A stretch of 64,000 nucleotides of DNA from an uncultured Candidatus Binatia bacterium (GTDB lineage Bacteria > Desulfobacterota > Binatia > Bin18): assembly GCA_965214605.1 (NCBI GenBank), contig OZ243961.1:3520001-3584000 (forward strand), written 5' to 3'. How positions within the stretch are numbered: the first letter of the stretch is position 1; each line of letters opens with the position of its first letter. The notes under the pieces are model-generated. The model searched no databases. It was not told where the DNA came from and saw only the letters and a program-made list of their open reading frames with translations. Shown in pieces: positions 37,719 through 47,281 of this stretch. The translations under genes were made by a program, and so were the position numbers.

Positions 37719-39524
37719 ATGTCTGGTATGTTTGGATTTCACGGCCGCCTGGTGTGTGTCAATCTTTCACGCGGCACCGCGGACTGGTACCCCCTGGAAG
37801 AGTCGCGTCTGCAAGCCTTTCTCGGCGGGATAGGGCTTGGCACGAGCCTGCTGTACGATTATGCCCCGCCGGGGGTTGAGCCGTTTGATGCGGATAATCC
37901 GCTGATTTTTACTAGTGCACCGCTGGTTGGCACCGGGCTGACGACCACGGCCAAATTGGCGGTGGTGACGAAGTCGCCGTTGACCGGGTGTATTGCCGAT
38001 TCACTGTCGTCAAGTTTCTTTGCCCTGGAGTTAAAACGCCTTGGCGTGGATGCGTTGGTCGTGAGCGGACGGGCCGAGGAGCCGGTCTTGGTCCGGATTC
38101 AGGATGAGCAGGTCGAGATACATGAGGCGGCTGAGCTGTGGGGGAAGAGCGCCAAGGAGACGGAGGCGGTCCTGCGTGAGACGTTCCATGAAGCCGAGGC
38201 ACGCGTGGCCGCGATCGGTCCGGCGGGAGAAAATCGCGTTCGCTTTGCCACGATTAGCAACGAAGGCCGCCATGCCGGACGGGGTGGAGTAGGGGCTGTG
38301 ATGGGGGCAAAAAATCTCAAGGCAATTGCCCTGCGCGGACATCGTAAGACCACGGTGGCGGACCCGGCCGGCGTTGAGACCGTGGCCGCAGCTCTACGCC
38401 GGCACAGCCTCGGGCCGCTGACCGCCAAATACCGCGAGATTGGCACGGTGGCCAACCTCGCGGTCTTTAACCGCTTGGGGAGCCTGCCGGTCCGGAATTT
38501 TCAGCAGTCCAGCTTTGCCCAGGCTGAAGCGCTGAGCGGTGAGCAGCTGTTGGCCAATCATTTTAGTCGTACCCATGGCTGCGCGTCGTGTACGATCCGA
38601 TGCGAGCGCTTATTTACAGCGCTGAGCGGTGCGGAACAGCGCCTTGAGTATGAAACGCTTTTTGCGCTCGGGCCGCTGTGCGGTATTGAGGATCCCGACG
38701 TCGTGCTGCAAGCGGCTGGCCTGTGTGACCACTATGGTCTGGACACGATTAGCACCGGCGGCACGATCGCCTGGGCCATGGAGTGTGTGGAGAAGGGCCT
38801 GTTTCCCGAGGCCCGGGCGGCTGGGCTGGGCTTTGGTCGGGCCAATGCCTTGTTGGCGACGATTGCGGCTATTGCTGAACGCCGGGACGTGGGAGAGCTG
38901 TTGGCTGAGGGTTCAAAGCGAGCCGCCCAACGTCTGGGGCCGGAAGCCGAGCGCTGGTCTATGCAGGTCAAGGGTATGGAGCTGCCCGGCTATGAACCGC
39001 GCAGTCTCAAAACCATGGCCTTAGGGCTAGCGGTGAGTCCGCGCGGGGCGTGCCATAATCGGTCTGGAGCATATGAGGCGGATTTTTCCGGGCAGGTCGA
39101 CCGCCTGCGGGTTGATGACCGGCGGGGAGGGCTGGTGGCTGCCTCCGAGGATTTTGCGGCGGTCCTGGATTCGCTGATCGTGTGTAAGTTTCTGCGTAAA
39201 TGCTTTAGCGATTTCTACCCAGAGGCGGCGACTCTGCTCAACTATGTCACCGGCTGGTCGGTGTCTGACCACGACCTACGCCGGGTCGGTAAGCGCATCA
39301 ACACCCTCAAAAAGCGCTTCAACATCCGTGAAGGCTGGCAGCTACAAGACGATTGGCTCCCGCCCCGCTTGCTGAGCGAGAAGCTGCCGAGCGGGGCTGC
39401 TGCGGGTGTCGGTCTCACACCGGACGAATTGCAGCGCATGATTCAGAGCTATTATCGGGCCCGAGGCTGGCGGCCGGATGGCACGATTCCCGACCATAAA
39501 CTTCACGCCCTTGGGCTCGCCTAA
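37719..39524 (+). CDS. aor: Aldehyde ferredoxin oxidoreductase family (tungsten/pterin, 4Fe-4S)
   Basis: KSPLTG, IGPAGE, GRGGVGAVMGAKNLKA, CASCTIRC, EYET, DTIS, GACH and DSLIVC motifs. Confidence 0.93.
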   Translation: MSGMFGFHGRLVCVNLSRGTADWYPLEESRLQAFLGGIGLGTSLLYDYAPPGVEPFDADNPLIFTSAPLVGTGLTTTAKLAVVTKSPLTGCIADSLSSSFFALELKRLGVDALVVSGRAEEPVLVRIQDEQVEIHEAAELWGKSAKETEAVLRETFHEAEARVAAIGPAGENRVRFATISNEGRHAGRGGVGAVMGAKNLKAIALRGHRKTTVADPAGVETVAAALRRHSLGPLTAKYREIGTVANLAVFNRLGSLPVRNFQQSSFAQAEALSGEQLLANHFSRTHGCASCTIRCERLFTALSGAEQRLEYETLFALGPLCGIEDPDVVLQAAGLCDHYGLDTISTGGTIAWAMECVEKGLFPEARAAGLGFGRANALLATIAAIAERRDVGELLAEGSKRAAQRLGPEAERWSMQVKGMELPGYEPRSLKTMALGLAVSPRGACHNRSGAYEADFSGQVDRLRVDDRRGGLVAASEDFAAVLDSLIVCKFLRKCFSDFYPEAATLLNYVTGWSVSDHDLRRVGKRINTLKKRFNIREGWQLQDDWLPPRLLSEKLPSGAAAGVGLTPDELQRMIQSYYRARGWRPDGTIPDHKLHALGLA

Positions 39525-39680
39525 GCTCAGGCTGCGTTTTTCTCTCCTTAAGGGCCCTGAACGCTTTTTCTGGCCTAACATGCTCACCGTGTCTAAATCT
39601 CAAACCAGCATATTCTTTTATCGTTCGGTTTGCTACACTGCCTGTCCAGACGTGCCGGAATGTCTGCTAAGGAGGAATAT

Positions 39681-40994
39681 ATGCGTGAAACATCAAAGCG
39701 CGGACGGTCCGTCACATGTTTCTTCGCCGCCCTCGTCCTGGTGGGGAATTGGGCCGTGTCTTCTCCGGCCCGTGGCGCGGCAGATCAGAGCTATCAGGCC
39801 CTGGTGAATTGGCTCGAACACTACCGGGAAGCCCCGGCGACGTTTGAGCCCGGCCACACCCTGGGCTTCCAAGACCGCCACGCGCTGGAGCCGTTCATCC
39901 CCCAGTCGGCCTGGGCGTATTACTTCTTTGAGGCCATGGAGATGGAGATCGCCGCCACGGGCGACTATCCGCCGCCGCCGGAGTGGGGCCACCAGGTCGT
40001 ACCCGGCTATGCGCTGGATGCGCAGGGGGTGCTGGTGGATTTTCAGGGCGGCGGGTTTCCGTTTCCAGATATTGCCCCTGCTGATCCGCAGATCGCGCTC
40101 AAGGTCATCTGGAATATGCTGTGGCGGCCCGGGCAGGATGATTATATGATGCCGATGGTGGCCTGGTCGCGGAGCGAATACGGCCAGCTGGATCGGGAGT
40201 TCGAGTTTACCGCGGTCAATGCCGAGTATGCGCGGGGGACGCACTGTCTGGTGCCGGGGTATGAAGAGGTGCGCCGGAAGTCCTTGATGGAGTTCCGGTC
40301 CCCGCGGGATATGACGGGGGCCAAGAACCTGTCCATCACCTATGTCGATCACTACAAAGAAGACAGCGGCTGGACCTATCTGCCGGCGCAGCGCAAGCCG
40401 CGCCGCACCCTGGCCTCGGAGCGCACTAGCGAGATGATGGGGATGGATTTTACCCCGGAAGACATGATGGGGTTTGGCGGCAAAATTTATGAACAGGAGT
40501 GGACCTATTTGGGCCGCAAGCCGGTGCTGGCGACCATCAATGTGGCCACCAACCCAGAGGCGGGTGGGCCCCATCTGTGGGTGCCGCACAAGGCCCGCTG
40601 GGAGGTGCGCGACACCCACGTCCTACGGATTGACCCGAAGAGCGAGACCCATCCGTACAGCCACAAGATCGTGTTTATTGACACCGAAACCTACTGGACG
40701 CACTGGATGGTGGCTTTTGACCGGCGGGACGACAAGCTCCTGCGGCTGAGTCAACACTTTCTGAAATACTCGGAGAGTTATGCCGAGGAGCCTGCCCGGC
40801 AGGCCCCGTATCTGGAGCAGGACTTCTCCAAGAATGTCGGTCACCAGGTCTTTCTTCATGTGGGCGAGACGAGCATCAACGCCAAGAAGCCGCACGCGAC
40901 CTACACGCACTGTTATGTGCTGAAGCGGACCTTCTCGCCGGGGCGTGCCAAGCAGTTCTATTCGCTGCGCAACATGGTCAGCGGCCGGCGCTGA
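39681..40994 (+). CDS. DUF1329 domain-containing periplasmic protein
   Basis: Signal peptide; GFPFP, WN, WTYLPAQRKPRR, RWEVR and HPYSHK motifs; AAGGAGG RBS. Confidence 0.8.
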   Translation: MRETSKRGRSVTCFFAALVLVGNWAVSSPARGAADQSYQALVNWLEHYREAPATFEPGHTLGFQDRHALEPFIPQSAWAYYFFEAMEMEIAATGDYPPPPEWGHQVVPGYALDAQGVLVDFQGGGFPFPDIAPADPQIALKVIWNMLWRPGQDDYMMPMVAWSRSEYGQLDREFEFTAVNAEYARGTHCLVPGYEEVRRKSLMEFRSPRDMTGAKNLSITYVDHYKEDSGWTYLPAQRKPRRTLASERTSEMMGMDFTPEDMMGFGGKIYEQEWTYLGRKPVLATINVATNPEAGGPHLWVPHKARWEVRDTHVLRIDPKSETHPYSHKIVFIDTETYWTHWMVAFDRRDDKLLRLSQHFLKYSESYAEEPARQAPYLEQDFSKNVGHQVFLHVGETSINAKKPHATYTHCYVLKRTFSPGRAKQFYSLRNMVSGRR

Positions 40995-41002
40995 GGAGGC
41001 TG

Positions 41003-42274
41003 ATGATCATGAAGCAATGGTGTGCCGGAGTTGTCTGCCTTGGTTTGGGACTTGGTTTGGGGTTTGGTCTGCTGACTGACGCCCAGGCGCAGGAGCAGAC
41101 TTTTCGTCAGCGTGTCATGCAGCGTTTTTTCCTGTATGAAGCTGGCACGCCGCAGGTCGCCGGCGTTCGCCCCGGCATGACCCTGGACAAGACAAACGCC
41201 AGCGCCGCCGCTGCGGTGCTGCCGCCCGAGATCCTGAACCAAATCAGCGCCGGAGATTTCTCGATCGTCGTCCAGGAAACGACCAGTCTGCCGACCCGCC
41301 AGGCGTTTCTCGACGCCACCTTGCAGCACGCCCAAGGAGTGGTTGTTGGCGAAGACATTCTCCAGAACTATGTATCCGGCCTGCCCTTTCCCATCCTGGA
41401 GGCCGACGACCCTCAGGCCGGTCTCAAGGCGATGTGGAATCTACGCTACCGTGATCAGGGCGATACTAGCCAGATGTGGGCCATTAATTCCCTGTTGAAT
41501 ACCGCCGGCACGGTTGAACGCAGCACCCGGTTTGCCTTTCTGTCGCTGTACGGCATGCACCGGCCCGACCCGGCCTGGAATGTTGCCCAGTGGGAGCGTC
41601 AAGGGGTGTACACCAAACGCTATTCCCTGATGGTTGCGCCCTCTGACGTAGAGGGCAATCAGCTGGTCGGTATCACCTATGACAACGACGCCCGGCCACA
41701 GGATCAGTGGGCCTACGACCCCAAGAGTCGGCGGACGCGCAAGGTAGTCTATAATCCATATGTCTCGCCCGAACGGGGTGTCTTGCTGATTGAGGACCGG
41801 TCTGGTTTTCTGGGCTATATCGCTGACTACGAGTGGACCTTTGTTGAAGAAAAAGTCGTGCTGGCCCCCGGCCCGATTAAGGCCGATAGACCGACCTGGG
41901 GCGGCAAGGCCAACTGGTACCTAGTCGATCCCTGGGAGCTACGCCTGGCGGTCGTTGTTGAAGGCAAACCCAAGAGCGCTCACCCCTTGTACAGCCGCCG
42001 GGTGCTGTATATCGATGCCCAGACCGCACTCCCGCTCTACGCCCTGACCTACGACCATAACGGAAGTCACAAGCGGACATTTCTGATCGTTGCCCGCCAC
42101 CCCGAGTATGACCCGTGGGACAATAAGGAGTGGTTTGCCCAGATTGCTGCTCAGGGGTCAATCGACTACCAGCTACAGCGTGCCAATACCTTCGAGATCT
42201 ACAAAATTTTCATTAATCGACCGATGAGCGCCAACAAATTTAGCGTGATGACGCTGATGTTGCAGGGCAAATAG
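41003..42274 (+). CDS. DUF1329 domain-containing periplasmic protein
   Basis: Signal peptide; GLPFP, MWN, WAYDPKSRRTRK, WELR and HPLYSRR motifs. Confidence 0.8.
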   Translation: MIMKQWCAGVVCLGLGLGLGFGLLTDAQAQEQTFRQRVMQRFFLYEAGTPQVAGVRPGMTLDKTNASAAAAVLPPEILNQISAGDFSIVVQETTSLPTRQAFLDATLQHAQGVVVGEDILQNYVSGLPFPILEADDPQAGLKAMWNLRYRDQGDTSQMWAINSLLNTAGTVERSTRFAFLSLYGMHRPDPAWNVAQWERQGVYTKRYSLMVAPSDVEGNQLVGITYDNDARPQDQWAYDPKSRRTRKVVYNPYVSPERGVLLIEDRSGFLGYIADYEWTFVEEKVVLAPGPIKADRPTWGGKANWYLVDPWELRLAVVVEGKPKSAHPLYSRRVLYIDAQTALPLYALTYDHNGSHKRTFLIVARHPEYDPWDNKEWFAQIAAQGSIDYQLQRANTFEIYKIFINRPMSANKFSVMTLMLQGK

Positions 42275-42323
42275 TCTAGGGGACAAACAGGGAGAGCCAA
42301 TCTCCCGTTGTTACCCTCTCGCC

Positions 42324-43139
42324 TCAGGCGTGGGTCTGAACAAAATCGAGCACGACCGACGCGGTTTGCTGGGGCTGTTCAATCATGTGGTATGTCCCGC
42401 CGCCATTGTCGATCAACCTCACCTCGGCCTGCGGGCAGTGACGGGTAAAGGCCTCAAGCGCGGCTCTCTGATTGGGCATAGCGGCTCCGAGTTGACCGGA
42501 GTTGCCCATCAGGACCAGCACCGGCATGCGGAGCTTGGCCACATCGGCCGCAAGGTCGGTATGAGCAAAAGTGTCTAAAGTTTTGGCCAGCGAAGCCAGC
42601 GTAAAGTTGCGCTTAAAGGACTCGATTTCAAACACGGCTAGCTCGTTGGCCAGGCCGCCGAATACGTTCTGCTCGGCGCAACCGATCCACTGCGTCAGAC
42701 GTCCCAGCGCCTCATAACCAAACGTCTCGGCAACGTCCTGAAAGAGCTGAAATACGCGCCGGCCAGTCGGGCTAGAGACGACCCCAGGATAGGTGACGAC
42801 ACTTTTGACTCGGTCGGGATAGCGGGCGGCAAACCGAACCGTCAGCGAAGCCCCGGTCGATGTCCCCCACAGATGCACGGCGGACAGACCGATGTGATCA
42901 AGAATGACGGCCAGGTCATCAACCCAGCGGTCGAAGGGATAACCACCAGGCCACGCCCGATCGGACCGACCAGCTCCTCGATAGTGCCAGTCAATGACTT
43001 GTAGCTGAGGAGTGAGCAGGGGACGGATTTTGGCAAACTGGTCGTCGAGTAGACCAAACCCTCCGCTCACCACCAGAGGCTCGCCCGCCCCGCGGACGGC
43101 ATACCACAGCTCTACTCCCTTATCGTTGGCAAAGGACAT
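42324..43139 (-). CDS. Alpha/beta hydrolase
   Basis: YRGAGRS, nucleophile elbow GTSTG and YPDRVKS motifs. Confidence 0.85.
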   Translation of the reverse strand: MSFANDKGVELWYAVRGAGEPLVVSGGFGLLDDQFAKIRPLLTPQLQVIDWHYRGAGRSDRAWPGGYPFDRWVDDLAVILDHIGLSAVHLWGTSTGASLTVRFAARYPDRVKSVVTYPGVVSSPTGRRVFQLFQDVAETFGYEALGRLTQWIGCAEQNVFGGLANELAVFEIESFKRNFTLASLAKTLDTFAHTDLAADVAKLRMPVLVLMGNSGQLGAAMPNQRAALEAFTRHCPQAEVRLIDNGGGTYHMIEQPQQTASVVLDFVQTHA

Positions 43140-43146
43140 GGTGTGT

Positions 43147-43620
43147 TTATTCTCCCCAAAATCGTCTCTTGACCCAGCCCTGATCAAATGGCGTCCAGAA
43201 GTTCGGGATCAGGCGGAGCTCGTGTATTTTCCACTCGCCGTTCTGCCGCACATACTCTTCTTCGTAGTAGGCCGAACCCCAGACCGCCTGCGGCCCGCCT
43301 GCGGACAGCATGGTACACGGCTCTAACAGGTACCAGCGACCACTGGCCCGGTCGCCATCGACCTCAATCTGGGGGTTCATCACATAGTGGACGGCAAACG
43401 ACAAGCTTTTGGGAATGGCGCGGAAAAAGGTCCGGATCGCCTCGTGGCCCTCGTAGTGGCCAAAACTGCCGCCGTCCCAGGTAGCGTCTTCAGTAAAACA
43501 GCCGACAAACGCCTCTTCGTCGCGTTCATCAGCGCCCGCGCAATAGCGAGCTTTGAGCTGCTTGATCGCTTCAATGTCTTCCAAGGTCTGGATACGGTGG
43601 TCGAGTTCTTCGAGTTGCAT
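43147..43620 (-). CDS. NTF2/SnoaL-like family protein
   Basis: [15 protein letters not shown]...D, FTEDA, HYVMNP and Y.EEYVR..GEWKI motifs. Confidence 0.88.
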   Translation of the reverse strand: MQLEELDHRIQTLEDIEAIKQLKARYCAGADERDEEAFVGCFTEDATWDGGSFGHYEGHEAIRTFFRAIPKSLSFAVHYVMNPQIEVDGDRASGRWYLLEPCTMLSAGGPQAVWGSAYYEEEYVRQNGEWKIHELRLIPNFWTPFDQGWVKRRFWGE

Positions 43621-43751
43621 GGCTGCTCCCTCCTTGCGCTGAGCCGAGCTTAGCCCTTCGACCCGCTTTGGGTCAAGCTGACCCTCCCCTCTGCGCCTTG
43701 ACGCCCCTGCCTTTTCCTCTTACACTCCGGGCTGGAATGGGAGGTGGGGTA

Positions 43752-44210
43752 ATGGAAAAAGACGAACCTGCACGGGTGCTTGTGCTCCACGGCCCAAATC
43801 TCAACATGCTCGGGCTGCGCGAACCCGAAATTTACGGTTCTACGATACTTGCCGACATCGATGCCAGTCTGCTTGAGTTAGGCCGCGAGTTAGGGCTTGA
43901 GGTCGATATCTTTCAGTCCAATCATGAAGGCGCCCTAGTTGACCGTATTCAAGCGGCGCGGGAGCAGTACGGGGCGATCCTTATCAATGGCGGGGCATAT
44001 ACGCATACCAGTGTGGCCCTCCTAGATGCGCTGCTGTCGGTCAGTTTGCCGGTCGTTGAGGTCCATCTGTCGAACCTCTATAAGCGCGAGGAATTTCGTC
44101 ACCACTCGTACATCGCTCGGGTTGCCGTTGGCCAGATCTGTGGCTTTGGAGCCGAGAGTTACTTGTTGGGGCTGCGAGCTGTGGCCAACATACTGCACAA
44201 TGGAACTTGA
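43752..44210 (+). CDS. aroQ: Type II 3-dehydroquinate dehydratase
   Basis: [22 protein letters not shown] and EVHLSN...REEFRH motifs. Confidence 0.96.
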   Translation: MEKDEPARVLVLHGPNLNMLGLREPEIYGSTILADIDASLLELGRELGLEVDIFQSNHEGALVDRIQAAREQYGAILINGGAYTHTSVALLDALLSVSLPVVEVHLSNLYKREEFRHHSYIARVAVGQICGFGAESYLLGLRAVANILHNGT

Positions 44211-44649
44211 CGATATCAGAAAGCTCATTGAGCTGATGGAAGAAAAGGGTTTGGCCGAGCTGGAACTCAAAAATCGACTGGGTGAGGTCCGTCTCGTCCG
44301 GGGAGGAGCCCGCTCGAGCCAAGCGGCTGAGCCAGTGGTTGCGCTACCCGCTGCCGCTCCGGCCACTATCCAGCCGCCCAACACCGCAACGTCGGAGCTA
44401 GTCGGGTCGGGTCTGGCTATTTATTCGCCAATGGTCGGCACTTTCTACCGCGCCCCAAACCCAGATGCCGACCCCTATATTGAGGTTGGAGCCGTTGTTG
44501 AAAAGGGGGCGGTGGTCTGCATCATCGAAGCTATGAAAATGATGAACGAGATTCAGGCCGAACAGCGTGGACGGGTGACCAGGATCTTGGTCGAAAACGC
44601 CGAGCCGGTTGAGTATGAGCAGCCGCTGTTTGTCTTAGAGCCGGTCTGA
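44200..44649 (+). CDS. accB: Acetyl-CoA carboxylase biotin carboxyl carrier protein
   Basis: SPMVGTFY and EAMKMMNEI motifs. Confidence 0.95.
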   Translation: MELDDIRKLIELMEEKGLAELELKNRLGEVRLVRGGARSSQAAEPVVALPAAAPATIQPPNTATSELVGSGLAIYSPMVGTFYRAPNPDADPYIEVGAVVEKGAVVCIIEAMKMMNEIQAEQRGRVTRILVENAEPVEYEQPLFVLEPV

Positions 44650-44694
44650 AACATAGAGGGCTGTGGCGGCTCTCGCAGCCCGAGATCGAATGGA

Positions 44695-46086
44695 GTGCGT
44701 GTGTTCAGACGAGTCTTGATTGCCAACCGGGGCGAGATTGCGGTGCGGATTATTCGGGCCTGCCGCTCGCTCGATATTGCGACCGTTGCCGTGTATTCAA
44801 CGGCCGATAAGAATGCCTTATACGTTCGTCTGGCCGATGAAAGTGTGTGTATTGGGCCGCCCGAGCCAGCCAGCAGTTATCTGAATATCCCGGCGATTAT
44901 CAGTGCGGCACTGTCCTTTGGTGCCGATGCGGTCCATCCGGGTTATGGATTTCTGTCGGAAAATGCGGACTTTGCCGAGGCCTGCCAACGCTCTGGGCTC
45001 GTGTTTATCGGACCCCGGGTGCGCAACATCAAACTTATGGGTGATAAACCCCGCGCGCGGCGGATTATGGAAAAAGCCAAGGTCTCGGTCCTGCCCGGTA
45101 CGACCGCGGCCGTCTCGGATGTCCGCGAACTCCAGGCGGTTGCCGCCCGGATCGGTTTTCCGGTCCTGCTCAAAGCGGCCGCCGGTGGGGGGGGGCGTGG
45201 CTTGCGCGTTGCGCACGATCCGGGTGAGCTGGCAGCCCTATTTGGGATTGCCCGCGATGAAGGGGAGAAGGCGTTTGGCAATGGCAGTCTGTATGTGGAA
45301 AAGTATTTGGAGCATGCACGGCATATCGAGTTCCAAATCCTGGGCGACCAGCACCGCAACGTCATCCACCTAGGCGAACGTGAGTGCTCGATCCAGCGTC
45401 GCTATCAGAAGCTGATTGAAGAGGCGCCGTCGCCGATCTTGACCAAGAGACAGCGGGATAGGATGGGTGCCGCCGCGGTCAAAGCGGCTCAGGCTGTCGG
45501 CTATACCAACGTCGGGACAATCGAATTTTTAGCTGATGCCAAAGGTCGGTTCTATTTTATTGAGATGAATACCCGAGTCCAGGTTGAACATCCGGTGACC
45601 GAGATGGTCACTGGCATCGATATTGTCCAAGCCGGAATTCGCTCGGCCGCAGGTGAGCCCTTGGCCTGGAAGCAGCGAGAGATCACCACTCGTGGGCACG
45701 CCATTGAGTGCCGGATCGTGGCCGAAGATCCCCGCACCATGCTGCCTTCCCCGGGTAAGATTCGTGGCTATGCCGCTCCGGGTGGGATCGGTATTCGGGT
45801 CGAATCGGGTGTAACCGATGCCTCGGTGGTGCCGATGTACTACGATTCCCTGGTAGCCAAGGTAATCGCGAGTGGGGCTAGCCGTGAGGAGGCTATCCGG
45901 CGTATGCGGGCGGCGCTGGCTGAGTACCAGATCGGCGGTATTAAGACCAATATCGCTTTTCATCAGCGGATTCTACACGACCCGGATTTTCTGGCGGGCA
46001 ACATCCATACCACGTATTTGGACGAGTTCCTGACCGCTCAGCAAGACGTGGATCAAGGCGCGCCGCCGATTCGGCAGGTTGCCTAA
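44695..46086 (+). CDS. accC: Acetyl-CoA carboxylase biotin carboxylase subunit
   Basis: ANRGEIA, HPGYGFLSEN and EMNTRVQVEH motifs; follows accB. Confidence 0.95.
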   Translation: MRVFRRVLIANRGEIAVRIIRACRSLDIATVAVYSTADKNALYVRLADESVCIGPPEPASSYLNIPAIISAALSFGADAVHPGYGFLSENADFAEACQRSGLVFIGPRVRNIKLMGDKPRARRIMEKAKVSVLPGTTAAVSDVRELQAVAARIGFPVLLKAAAGGGGRGLRVAHDPGELAALFGIARDEGEKAFGNGSLYVEKYLEHARHIEFQILGDQHRNVIHLGERECSIQRRYQKLIEEAPSPILTKRQRDRMGAAAVKAAQAVGYTNVGTIEFLADAKGRFYFIEMNTRVQVEHPVTEMVTGIDIVQAGIRSAAGEPLAWKQREITTRGHAIECRIVAEDPRTMLPSPGKIRGYAAPGGIGIRVESGVTDASVVPMYYDSLVAKVIASGASREEAIRRMRAALAEYQIGGIKTNIAFHQRILHDPDFLAGNIHTTYLDEFLTAQQDVDQGAPPIRQVA

Positions 46087-46106
46087 CACACGCTGAGGAG
46101 CGCATC

Positions 46107-47252
46107 ATGGCTGACGGGTGGGCGAAGACTCCTGCTGTGCGCTGCTGGGTGACAATGTTGGCGGTCGTCGGCGTTGGGCTGTGGGCCGATCTGGTCCAGG
46201 CCCAAAATCGGGGTCTGTCCCCCGCTCTGTTGGCTCAGGCTGATCCATCCCGCCCCGCCCCACAGGCGGCCGAGCCGGCCACCGGGAACGGCGGCGCTAT
46301 GCTAACGACCGCCGCGCCACGGGTTGTGTTCGAACAACCGGTGTACGATTTTGGCACGGTCGAGCAGGGCGAAAAGGTGAGCCATCTGTTTCGCTTTCAC
46401 AACCGGGGGGGAAGAGCCCTGCGGATTGAGTCGCTCAAGATCTCATGCGGCTGCACTGCGGCTGTCATCTCAGACCCCCTCATTCCGCCGGGCGGGCAGG
46501 GCACGATCAACGCGACCTTCGATACTAGCCAGTTTCTGGGTGAGAAAAAGAAGACCGTTATCGTGCATACCAACGATCCTGAGCAGCCAGCCACAACGCT
46601 GACCCTGCAGGGCGAGATCCGGGTCGAGGTGGCGGCCGACCCGCCCCAGGTGTACGTAGGCCGGCTGGCCTACGGCAAAGCGGTCAGCCGGCGGGTTGAG
46701 ATCGTGTCCGACACCGACTCGTCAATTGAGATCACTCAGGTTACCAATACCCACCCTTCGGTCGGCGTTCGGACCGAGCCGCTTGAACGAGACGGCCAAC
46801 GGGGCAAGACCTTGATCGTAACCGTGGCCGAAAACGCCCCGCTAGGGCGCCTGAACGACCAGATTACCGTGACCACGACCAGTACAAAGCGCCCGTCTGT
46901 AGTCATCCCGGTCTTTGGCAGCGTGGAGGGCGAACTCCTCGTCCAGCCGCCCCAGGTCACCTTTGGCGTGGTGCAACCAGGTCTGGCCAAGACGCGCACG
47001 GTCACCATCACCAATAGGTCCAAAACGCCGGTGCGCATCAGCCGGGTCACAAGCACGGCCAGGCGTGTGGAGGCGCAGCTGGAAACAATCACCCAGGGGG
47101 CCGAGTACACGGTTGTGGTAAAGGTTGCGGCAAACGGGCAGCCGGGCCGTATTCAGGGCGAAGTTCAAGTCTTTACCGATCACCCACTTGAAAAAGTACT
47201 CAGCATCCCGCTGTATGGGCGTGTAGCTGAGCCACCCCAGGCGATGCGCTAA
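46107..47252 (+). CDS. DUF1573 domain-containing exported protein with Ig-like repeats
   Basis: Signal peptide; YDFG...F.F.N.G, SCGCT and TND motifs. Confidence 0.8.
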   Translation: MADGWAKTPAVRCWVTMLAVVGVGLWADLVQAQNRGLSPALLAQADPSRPAPQAAEPATGNGGAMLTTAAPRVVFEQPVYDFGTVEQGEKVSHLFRFHNRGGRALRIESLKISCGCTAAVISDPLIPPGGQGTINATFDTSQFLGEKKKTVIVHTNDPEQPATTLTLQGEIRVEVAADPPQVYVGRLAYGKAVSRRVEIVSDTDSSIEITQVTNTHPSVGVRTEPLERDGQRGKTLIVTVAENAPLGRLNDQITVTTTSTKRPSVVIPVFGSVEGELLVQPPQVTFGVVQPGLAKTRTVTITNRSKTPVRISRVTSTARRVEAQLETITQGAEYTVVVKVAANGQPGRIQGEVQVFTDHPLEKVLSIPLYGRVAEPPQAMR

Positions 47253-47281
47253 GACTGGCGCGAGCTTTTATCGGCACAATT

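Noticed and set aside
39693-40619. 308-aa antisense ORF
   Set aside because: Shadow of the GC3-rich DUF1329 gene; no recognisable motifs.
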